A DNA stretch of 20,000 bases from an uncultured virus (IMG/VR IMGVR_UViG_3300030101_002968) (IMGVR_UViG_3300030101_002968:50894-70893); one strand, 5' to 3'; numbered from the stretch's first letter, positions 9,447 through 15,371 are shown. Program-made: numbers and translations. The notes: generated by a model not told the origin, from the sequence alone.

Positions 9447-11004
9447 CTAGTCTCATATTTGAAATTACACAATCTGCAGAAACAATAGTTGATACTACAC
9501 TCACTGCATTTTTGAGCGCCGATTTTGTAACCAAAACCGGATCTATAATACCACAATCAATCATATTAACTTTTTCACCAGTTACAACATCAATACCTTT
9601 ACCTTGTGTGTTAACCATATTAGGTCTTTCAATACCGGCATTGTCTAATATTGTTATGTAAGGTGAAACTATAGATTTTAATAATATTTCTTCACCCACC
9701 GCGTCAGCGGTGATTTTTGTAGAAGCATCTAACAAAGCTACACCACCACCTGATACTATACCTTCTTTCAAAGCAGCTTTAGTAGCGTATATTGCATCTT
9801 CTACTCTATCTTTCTTTTCTTTTAATTCTACTTTAGAATTAGCACCCACTTTGATGATTCCAACACTACCCGATAACATAGACAGTCTTTGTTCCAGTTT
9901 TTTCTTAATGAAACCATTTTTTTCGTTAGAAATGAGTTTTGATACGTGTTTGATTCTTTCGGGTAAAGCCTGTTGAACATCATCTATTGTGGTTATTACT
10001 GTTGTTTTTTCTTCTGTAACAGACAAAGCAGCTTCACCTAAGTGTTCTGGTGATATAAGGTCTAAATCATCACCAAGTTGTTCATCTATTACTGTTGCAC
10101 CTGTTAGTACAGCTAAATCTTCACATGTATTTCTTTTAGTAGGACCAAAGCCTGGTAAGTCAACCACATTAACTTTTATGTTACCTTTCACTTTGTTTGT
10201 TAGCAAAGCTGCTTTTACCTGCTGAGCAACTGGCGCTACTATTAATAAAGATCTGTTTTTCTTTATAACATGCTCTAAAACGTTTTGTATACGTCTTATA
10301 TTTGGTATTTCACTGTAAACTATTAGTACATGTGGGTTATCTAGCTCACATTTGTGTTTTTCTGTGTTTGTTACCCAATGTGGTGATGTTAAACCAACAT
10401 CTAACTGCACACCTTCAACAACATCTACATAAGTTTCGTTAGTTTCGCTCTCTTCCATAAAAACTACGCCGTTTTTACCAACTTTTGAGTATGCTTCTGC
10501 TATAATTTTGCCAAGTTCTGCGTCATTATTGCAAGATATTGTGCTTACGGCGTTCAAAAGATCATCTTTAACGTCTATTTTAACACTATTTAAGTAATTA
10601 TTGACTTTTTCTAGTCCAGAATTAAGACCTTGTTTAATTTCTCTTATAGAAACGTCTTTATAAGTGTCACTATTTATAGTTTTTATTAGTGATTCAGCAA
10701 GGACAGTAGCCGTAGTGGTACCGTCACCTGCTTCTCTCACTGTATTTTGCGCAGCTTCTTTAATTAAAGTTGCACCTATGTTTTCAACCGGATCATATAA
10801 GACTACGCTTTGCGCCACGGTTACACCATCTTTTGTTATGACCGGTTTGCCGCGTCCATCTTCGTACACTACGCACTTACCAGAAGCGCCTAACGTGGAC
10901 TTTACGGCTTTAGCTAGCTTTTCCACACCAGCAATTACTTTTTTCTTAGCGTCATTGCCAAAGTCTAACGACTTAACAATCTCGCTAGGGTTGTTATATT
11001 CCAT
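9430..11004 (-). CDS. groEL: Phage-encoded group I chaperonin GroEL
   Basis: 524 aa. TLGASGK, ITKDGVTVA, AGDGTTTATVLA (ATP site), KKDRVEDAIYATKAALKEGIVSGGG, GIIDPVLVTKSAL. No GGM tail. Confidence 0.97.
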   Translation of the reverse strand: MEYNNPSEIVKSLDFGNDAKKKVIAGVEKLAKAVKSTLGASGKCVVYEDGRGKPVITKDGVTVAQSVVLYDPVENIGATLIKEAAQNTVREAGDGTTTATVLAESLIKTINSDTYKDVSIREIKQGLNSGLEKVNNYLNSVKIDVKDDLLNAVSTISCNNDAELGKIIAEAYSKVGKNGVVFMEESETNETYVDVVEGVQLDVGLTSPHWVTNTEKHKCELDNPHVLIVYSEIPNIRRIQNVLEHVIKKNRSLLIVAPVAQQVKAALLTNKVKGNIKVNVVDLPGFGPTKRNTCEDLAVLTGATVIDEQLGDDLDLISPEHLGEAALSVTEEKTTVITTIDDVQQALPERIKHVSKLISNEKNGFIKKKLEQRLSMLSGSVGIIKVGANSKVELKEKKDRVEDAIYATKAALKEGIVSGGGVALLDASTKITADAVGEEILLKSIVSPYITILDNAGIERPNMVNTQGKGIDVVTGEKVNMIDCGIIDPVLVTKSALKNAVSVVSTIVSADCVISNMRLDEGDK

Positions 11005-11036
11005 ATTAAATTTAATTTGATTTGATTAGTTATTGA

Positions 11037-11330
11037 TTATTCAAAAGTTTTTACAACCTTTGGGCCTTTTGATGCCTCTAACTTTTTTGAGAAGTGGTCG
11101 ATGCTTCCGTCAATTGCTGCTTCTGCACCTTCTATGGTTTCTCGTCTAGTTACGTCGTGCCATGTATTATCTTTTACATGTTTGCACTCTGTTTGGTAAT
11201 ATCCATTTGGCAGTTGTACTATTCTCCAGTTGCTTTTAGCAGCTAAGTGTTTCCATTGCTCAATTGTTTCATTACTCGGTTTTTGGTTGCCAGTAGTTAA
11301 TGTACTGGTCTTGTAGTATAAATAAGTCAT
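11037..11330 (-). CDS. Hypothetical protein
   Basis: 97 aa ORF with A-rich leader (AACCAAAAAATAAAACCAAAATG), co-oriented with groEL. Confidence 0.8.
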   Translation of the reverse strand: MTYLYYKTSTLTTGNQKPSNETIEQWKHLAAKSNWRIVQLPNGYYQTECKHVKDNTWHDVTRRETIEGAEAAIDGSIDHFSKKLEASKGPKVVKTFE

Positions 11331-11377
11331 TTTGGTTTTATTTTTTGGTTAATATTGACTTGGTCTAGGGTGTCTCC

Positions 11378-11503
11378 CTATTTTTTCTTAGGCTTTGTGT
11401 GTCCGTAGCCTTTTTTCTTTAGCTCTAAATGTTTCTTATGAGTTCTAGCCATTATAGCACTTTTACCCTTGTACATCATATGAGGTTTAAATTTCTTTTT
11501 CAT
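11378..11503 (-). CDS. Lys/His-rich basic microprotein (41 aa)
   Basis: Hand-translated MKKKFKPHMMYKGKSAIMARTHKKHLELKKKGYGHTKPKKK*; ATGA overlap with the stop of 11500..11742. Confidence 0.75.
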   Translation of the reverse strand: MKKKFKPHMMYKGKSAIMARTHKKHLELKKKGYGHTKPKKK

Positions 11504-11742
11504 CTTTTTTTCTTTTCTTTTTTAGTTCCTTTGCCGTCGTTACCTCTGTTTTTCTTTACAGATTTAAACTTTTTATCTTTGTGATCGTAATCTTTACCTT
11601 TTATGTTTTTACCTGCTTTTTTAGCAGCTCTACGCTTTCTTTGGTTTTCGGCACGCATCTTTTCACGCCTGCGAGAGTTTGCAGCTTTTAGATCTCTTCT
11701 TTTTTTAGATGCCTTTGCTTTCTTTGATAGTTTCTGTGCCAT
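11500..11742 (-). CDS. Highly basic protein with a truncated HNH-like motif; first gene of the late arm
   Basis: 80 aa, extremely K/R-rich. GKDYDHKD...SVKKNRG resembles the DH...NR core of small phage HNH proteins. Confidence 0.7.
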   Translation of the reverse strand: MAQKLSKKAKASKKRRDLKAANSRRREKMRAENQRKRRAAKKAGKNIKGKDYDHKDKKFKSVKKNRGNDGKGTKKEKKKR

Positions 11743-11745
11743 AGC

Positions 11746-11776
11746 TATATTATTACATAGTAAAGCGAAAAGTTAA
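11746..11776 (-). promoter_or_regulatory. Putative late promoter (TTAA-N15-TGTAATAATATA)
   Basis: Directly upstream of the first minus-strand gene; a similar TTAA-N16-TGTAACTATATA lies at 19344-19375. Confidence 0.45.
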
Positions 11777-11779
11777 AAG

Positions 11780-11826
11780 TGTGACACTAGGTAGTTACTA
11801 AGTATATTTTATAGGCTAATGTCACA
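11780..11826. promoter_or_regulatory. 47-bp inverted-repeat protein-binding site A (TGTGACA-N33-TGTCACA)
   Basis: TGTGACACTAGGTAGTTACTAAGTATATTTTATAGGCTAATGTCACA; same length and same 14-bp right arm as the site at 17923-17969. Confidence 0.75.
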
Positions 11827-11843
11827 AAAAAAGCATTATAAAT

Positions 11844-11924
11844 ATAGGGGTATAGTGTTACCCCCTATGTTATTGATTATCAATCATTTACAAAACTGTT
11901 TACGTTTAGCCGGGGCCCCCCTCG
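11844..11924. other. Cluster of palindromes and G/C runs at the strand switch (candidate genome terminus, packaging site or origin)
   Basis: ATAGGGGTA-TAGTGT-TACCCCCTAT hairpin (11844-11868), ATTGAT-T-ATCAAT palindrome and GGGGCCCCCC (11912-11921) in very AT-rich non-coding DNA between divergent arms. Confidence 0.4.
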
Positions 11925-11985
11925 TTTAAACATAATATTTTAAATTTTTTACATTTTTATATATTTTTATAATGACTATTTTTTT

Positions 11986-12021
11986 TACAAACTAAATACA
12001 TACGTATATAGATAATAATAA
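11986..12021 (+). promoter_or_regulatory. Early promoter-like repeat, copy 1
   Basis: TACAAACTAAATACA-N10-GATAATAATAA. Confidence 0.75.
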
Positions 12022-12110
12022 TGTAAATAAAATATAAAATAATTACAAAATGAGAGAAGTCGCGGAATATATACTAACTAAAATTTATAACTAAACAAAG
12101 TATATACTTT

Positions 12111-12146
12111 TACAATGTAAATACGACACTCAAAAGATAATATAAT
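12111..12146 (+). promoter_or_regulatory. Early promoter-like repeat, copy 2
   Basis: TACAATGTAAATACG-N10-GATAATATAAT, 28 nt before ATG 12175. Confidence 0.8.
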
Positions 12147-12174
12147 CAAACAATGTATAACTAATAAATATAAT

Positions 12175-12396
12175 ATGAAATTAAATAGTAAAAGATTTGT
12201 AATAAGAAAATCTCTAATCGGTAAAAACGCAGTAATAACAGTTAACTTCACAAATGGCAAAAGTGCTACTTATAATCACGACAAAGTGTACGAAGTTATG
12301 AAAGACAAACTCGAGCAAATGAATTGCTTCGCAAAGTACAAGTCATATACTGCTTCTAACAATGTACCAGTAATTGCTCGTCCAATTTGCGAGTAG
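12175..12396 (+). CDS. Hypothetical early protein
   Basis: 73 aa ORF downstream of repeat copy 2 with a TAATATG start context. Confidence 0.8.
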   Translation: MKLNSKRFVIRKSLIGKNAVITVNFTNGKSATYNHDKVYEVMKDKLEQMNCFAKYKSYTASNNVPVIARPICE

Positions 12397-12407
12397 TAAA
12401 ATCAAAG

Positions 12408-12496
12408 TCGTAGTTCCACTTGTTTAGCGACTATAAACAATACGAATGAGTACAGTAGTCATGGTGCCGAGGTGTGTTCGATTCACACGCTACTAC
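12408..12496 (+). ncRNA. tRNA-like (elbow mimic) structured element
   Basis: T-arm GTGTG-TTCGATT-CACAC (12472-12488) stacked on acceptor-like AGTAGT/GCTACT; only 12 nt (CATGGTGCCGAG) in place of D and anticodon arms; preceded by a bulged hairpin TCGTA..TTGTTTA/TAAACAA-TACGA. Confidence 0.6.
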
Positions 12497-12509
12497 AAAA
12501 ATATGTAAT

Positions 12510-12590
12510 ATGAGTAGACAAATGAAAATGACACCTTTTTTAATAAAGTTGTTAAAAGAAAAACAAAGTAAAACTAATAGAATTAAATAA
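12510..12590 (+). CDS. Putative basic microprotein (26 aa)
   Basis: MSRQMKMTPFLIKLLKEKQSKTNRIK*; TAATATG start context, abuts the next ORF. Confidence 0.45.
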   Translation: MSRQMKMTPFLIKLLKEKQSKTNRIK

Positions 12591-12591
12591 T

Positions 12592-12717
12592 ATGATAGTA
12601 AGAAAAGTAGGTGGACTATGGATAGTTCAAGCAAAAACAAGTCAACAAATAGTATTCTCACACAAGTCAAGAATGGCGTGTTACGAGTGGATGTTTAAAG
12701 ATGTACACTATGCGTAA
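12592..12717 (+). CDS. Small hypothetical protein (41 aa)
   Basis: MIVRKVGGLWIVQAKTSQQIVFSHKSRMACYEWMFKDVHYA*; tightly packed with neighbours. Confidence 0.6.
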   Translation: MIVRKVGGLWIVQAKTSQQIVFSHKSRMACYEWMFKDVHYA

Positions 12718-12787
12718 AGTAACAGATAACTATACAGCAGAAGTAATAATATTGTTAGTAATATTACTAATGATTTTTACAAAATAA
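12710..12787 (+). CDS. Putative membrane micropeptide (25 aa)
   Basis: MRKVTDNYTAEVIILLVILLMIFTK*; overlaps the previous stop; hydrophobic C-terminus. Confidence 0.4.
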   Translation: MRKVTDNYTAEVIILLVILLMIFTK

Positions 12788-12813
12788 AAACAACTAGAGT
12801 TAGATAATATAAT
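12778..12813 (+). promoter_or_regulatory. Early promoter-like repeat, copy 3
   Basis: TACAAAATAAAAACA-N10-GATAATATAAT, 11 nt before ATG 12825. Confidence 0.8.
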
Positions 12814-12824
12814 AAAATTACAAT

Positions 12825-12998
12825 ATGAATAAAATAAAATTCCTTAAAAACAATAAAATTAAACTAAATACTACAACTTATAAACCATACACTATTTGTC
12901 AACTCGCCGACACTAAATTCGGCTTAACTGACACTGACGGTAATTCTTATATCACTGAATGGTTTAACTACAAAGGCTTCACTTATGTCGCAGAATAA
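12825..12998 (+). CDS. Small hypothetical protein (57 aa)
   Basis: MNKIKFLKNNKIKLNTTTYKPYTICQLADTKFGLTDTDGNSYITEWFNYKGFTYVAE*; follows repeat copy 3. Confidence 0.7.
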   Translation: MNKIKFLKNNKIKLNTTTYKPYTICQLADTKFGLTDTDGNSYITEWFNYKGFTYVAE

Positions 12999-13242
12999 AT
13001 TACACTTAACAATAACAAAATCAGGCGATAGTTACTGCGTAGAAATGCGAGACCACTACTGCAACTACTGTTGTGTATACGAGCCAAGTGTAAAACTAGC
13101 AATGATGTACGCGGAAATATGGTTCGCTGAAGCAGACAAGCGTGAAGAAGCTAATAAAATACATGGCAAAGCTGTACTAGCAATGCAAAAAATTGACAAA
13201 GAAGCTGGTATACTAACCGGTAACTATGATGGACTAGACTAA
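12985..13242 (+). CDS. Hypothetical protein
   Basis: 85 aa ORF in the packed early operon. Confidence 0.75.
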   Translation: MSQNKLHLTITKSGDSYCVEMRDHYCNYCCVYEPSVKLAMMYAEIWFAEADKREEANKIHGKAVLAMQKIDKEAGILTGNYDGLD

Positions 13243-13247
13243 ATAAT

Positions 13248-13400
13248 ATGAAATACGAGCACGAAATAACTTTTAACGACCACTCAATACAATACTTAGA
13301 GTCAGAAACTAACTACTTATCTGACATAGACAAAGAATTTTTAGAAGAAGTTGGCGTTGATTTAACTACTATAAAAGAAATAAACACTTATAAATTATGA
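13248..13400 (+). CDS. Small acidic hypothetical protein (50 aa)
   Basis: MKYEHEITFNDHSIQYLESETNYLSDIDKEFLEEVGVDLTTIKEINTYKL*; ATGA overlap with 13397. Confidence 0.7.
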   Translation: MKYEHEITFNDHSIQYLESETNYLSDIDKEFLEEVGVDLTTIKEINTYKL

Positions 13401-13939
13401 AAACAATATACAAAGGCGACTCACGCTATGAGAAAATATATGAGCAGATGCAACTACTTGGTATACAAGATGTTAGCTCACCAAGACAAGTAAAAAACGG
13501 TACAATAGTATGGCGACTACCAATACTATCAGACAAGAAAAATACATACCTCGAGTACGCTGCGTTTGCAAGCGGTTACGTAAGAAATCAAGGTGTAGAC
13601 TGTCACAGTAATTGGCAATGTAACAAGCGAATACCAGCAGATGGTTACTACCCAGAGTATAAGTTTGTTGATGGCAAGCAAGTAAAAACAGGTAAATACC
13701 TGAAGTGGCAAACACGTACTTGCGAACTAATACCAAATGAAATCGATAGACTCGAGTATATGCTGAAGTATGTAATCAAGAACGAGTTTATCAAGCGTGC
13801 GAATACAGTACAGCAAGGTAATTTTATACCAAAATGGAAGCATCAAGACTTACTTGGTGCTATGGAAGCACAATGTGAAGACTGCGAAGTAAAATCAGTG
13901 CAAGTAATAATAGATGGACATAAATATAAAGTAATATGA
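13397..13939 (+). CDS. Hypothetical protein
   Basis: 180 aa ORF with ATGA overlaps at both ends. Confidence 0.8.
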   Translation: MKTIYKGDSRYEKIYEQMQLLGIQDVSSPRQVKNGTIVWRLPILSDKKNTYLEYAAFASGYVRNQGVDCHSNWQCNKRIPADGYYPEYKFVDGKQVKTGKYLKWQTRTCELIPNEIDRLEYMLKYVIKNEFIKRANTVQQGNFIPKWKHQDLLGAMEAQCEDCEVKSVQVIIDGHKYKVI

Positions 13940-14148
13940 AGAATAATAGATTAAAAACAATGAACTGTATAACAGTATTAGATTTTGAAACAGGTTATGT
14001 ACACCAATATGACATTGGTTTTCAAGTAAATAAATTAGGTTGGAATCCTGACTGTGAGTCTTGTGAAGAATACTTAACAAGCAAAGGTCACAACTTAGCT
14101 AATATAAACTGGATGGTGCATAACAACGAGGAAATAATTACAAAATAA
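13936..14148 (+). CDS. Hypothetical protein
   Basis: 70 aa; ITVLDFETGYVHQY...EEYL...GH......WM. Confidence 0.75.
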   Translation: MKNNRLKTMNCITVLDFETGYVHQYDIGFQVNKLGWNPDCESCEEYLTSKGHNLANINWMVHNNEEIITK

Positions 14149-14174
14149 ATACAACACACTACAGATAATATATA
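14139..14174 (+). promoter_or_regulatory. Early promoter-like repeat, copy 4
   Basis: TACAAAATAAATACA-N10-GATAATATATA, 13 nt before ATG 14188. Confidence 0.8.
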
Positions 14175-14187
14175 TAAATAATATAAT

Positions 14188-14397
14188 ATGCAATGTAAAT
14201 GTAACAATATAATACCTCAAGGCCGTGTTAATCTTGGCTACAAAGTGTGCGTTGACTGCTCTACGACCGAGCAATACGGTTGCGCACCACTAATCAACCA
14301 CAAAACCGGTAATTCCATACAGATTATGTCAAGCAGTGACGCTGCGCGCATAGCTAAGTTAACTCGCCGCAGAGGTTATGGCACAATGTTAAGTTAA
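14188..14397 (+). CDS. TraR/DksA-type C4 zinc-finger protein
   Basis: CKCNNIIPQGRVNLGYKVCVDC approximates the C..C...IP..R.......C..C pattern of DksA/TraR zinc fingers. Confidence 0.65.
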   Translation: MQCKCNNIIPQGRVNLGYKVCVDCSTTEQYGCAPLINHKTGNSIQIMSSSDAARIAKLTRRRGYGTMLS

Positions 14398-14457
14398 TAA
14401 ATATGAAAATAAATGAAAAAACGTGGCCTTCAATAGAAGCCAGAATGAATCAAATAT

Positions 14458-14598
14458 ATGAAGAAGAAAAAATTAAATTCCAAAAATCCGAAATACATGG
14501 ACAAAAGCCTGTTAACAGACAGGAAAGTAATAAAAAGAGTAAAAATAGCCAACGTCAAAGGTGTTAAAATATCAGGCGTTTGGTATGAAGATGCTTAG
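14458..14598 (+). CDS. Small basic hypothetical protein (46 aa)
   Basis: MKKKKLNSKNPKYMDKSLLTDRKVIKRVKIANVKGVKISGVWYEDA*; a second-frame ORF 14403..14567 (54 aa) overlaps it. Confidence 0.55.
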   Translation: MKKKKLNSKNPKYMDKSLLTDRKVIKRVKIANVKGVKISGVWYEDA

Positions 14599-14614
14599 TT
14601 AGCATTGTTTTCAT

Positions 14615-14810
14615 GAGGCGAGGGTGGTAGCGCGTGAGACGTGTAGTTCCTTGCATCGAAGTACAGTCACAGCTTGAAATATAGTGCACGGCTGAGAAGA
14701 TCATAAGTGAACATCTTACTCACTTGGCAGAACGGCAGGATAAAGCAGATATACAACTTAAAGATAGGAACGTACTACTCGGTTGTATCGAACCACACCT
14801 GCCCCGCCTC
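14615..14810 (+). ncRNA. Unassigned ~196-nt structured RNA with several potential pseudoknots, followed by a T7 tract
   Basis: GC-rich intergenic island with closing stem GAGGCG/CGCCTC, internal stems GGCAGG/CCTGCC, AAGTGA/TCACTT, ATACAACT/GGTTGTAT and long-range pairs GTTCCT/AGGAAC, GTGGT/ACCAC. Confidence 0.75.
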
Positions 14811-14816
14811 TTTTTT

Positions 14817-14852
14817 TACAAACTAAATACAATAATAGAAAGATAATATAAT
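14817..14852 (+). promoter_or_regulatory. Early promoter-like repeat, copy 5
   Basis: TACAAACTAAATACA-N10-GATAATATAAT, 5 nt before ATG 14858. Confidence 0.8.
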
Positions 14853-14857
14853 TGAAT

Positions 14858-15127
14858 ATGAAAAAATTAACAACCGAAAAGGTAAAAAAATATATGGCTT
14901 GGCGAACTGACGAGCCAATGAGACATGATGCTGAGAGATTAGCTCATGCCTGCAATCAAGTTGCTATCGAGTTTCAACACGATAATGCTCTTGACTTGCT
15001 TAAGCTGTTGTGCTTCAACGATGCTATACACAGCCTGCACACTCACAGCTACAGTTTTAACACTGCAACAGGTAGACACTTAATAAATAGACTAAAAGAA
15101 TATTACTATGAGCAAACAGAATACTAA
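14858..15127 (+). CDS. Hypothetical protein
   Basis: The ORF track starts at TTG 14852; ATG 14858 just after repeat copy 5 is more plausible. Confidence 0.75.
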   Translation: MKKLTTEKVKKYMAWRTDEPMRHDAERLAHACNQVAIEFQHDNALDLLKLLCFNDAIHSLHTHSYSFNTATGRHLINRLKEYYYEQTEY

Positions 15128-15371
15128 ATTACCTAAATGGTTTAAAGGCCAAATATATGACAAAGGCGACACAGTAAAAAATCCTTTTAGCGGAGAGACC
15201 TGTGAACTAAGCAATGTAGAATTATCTATGTATGATTTTATTATTGGCAGTCAAATAGTTTTTGAAATGCAACCAAAAACTATAAACAGTCAAATGATAG
15301 AAGACTTTCACAGAGGTTTAGCATGGTTTAGAAAAAACAACATGGATGCTTATTGGAAACTATTAGACTAA
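15108..15371 (+). CDS. Hypothetical protein
   Basis: 87 aa; NPFSGE...L...ELSMYDFIIG...GLAWFRKNN..AY..LLD. Confidence 0.8.
   Translation: MSKQNTKLPKWFKGQIYDKGDTVKNPFSGETCELSNVELSMYDFIIGSQIVFEMQPKTINSQMIEDFHRGLAWFRKNNMDAYWKLLD

Noticed and set aside
9189..11004. groEL/groES as host chromosomal DNA
   Set aside because: Divergent sequence, reversed gene order, missing GGM tail and seamless coupling to phage genes indicate a viral copy.
2235..11020. Plus-strand ORFs 2235, 5082, 6261, 7053, 7262, 8584, 8896, 9268, 9332, 9710, 9989 and 10664, and minus-strand alternative frame 8772..8969
   Set aside because: Antisense or out-of-frame shadows of well-supported minus-strand genes, with no recognisable motifs.
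12400..12455. HDV-like (theta), hammerhead or twister ribozyme next to the tRNA-like element
   Set aside because: TTCCACT and CGAAT are suggestive of HDV-like loops, but I could not build the P1/P1.1/P2/P3 nested double pseudoknot, and no CUGANGA...GAAA hammerhead core is present.
12440..12500. Canonical tRNA gene
   Set aside because: Only 12 nt separate the acceptor-like strand from the T-arm; no anticodon stem-loop can be drawn and no CCA is encoded. Kept as a tRNA-like element.
14684..14745. TPP or cobalamin riboswitch (GGCTGAGA; terminal ACCTGCC)
   Set aside because: The TPP CCTGAT...GCGTAGG core and the cobalamin GGGAA/GCCACTG elements are absent.
11986..14852. Five 36-bp repeats as a CRISPR array
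   Set aside because: Irregular spacing (125 to about 1360 nt), a variable 10-nt middle, genes between copies and no cas genes.
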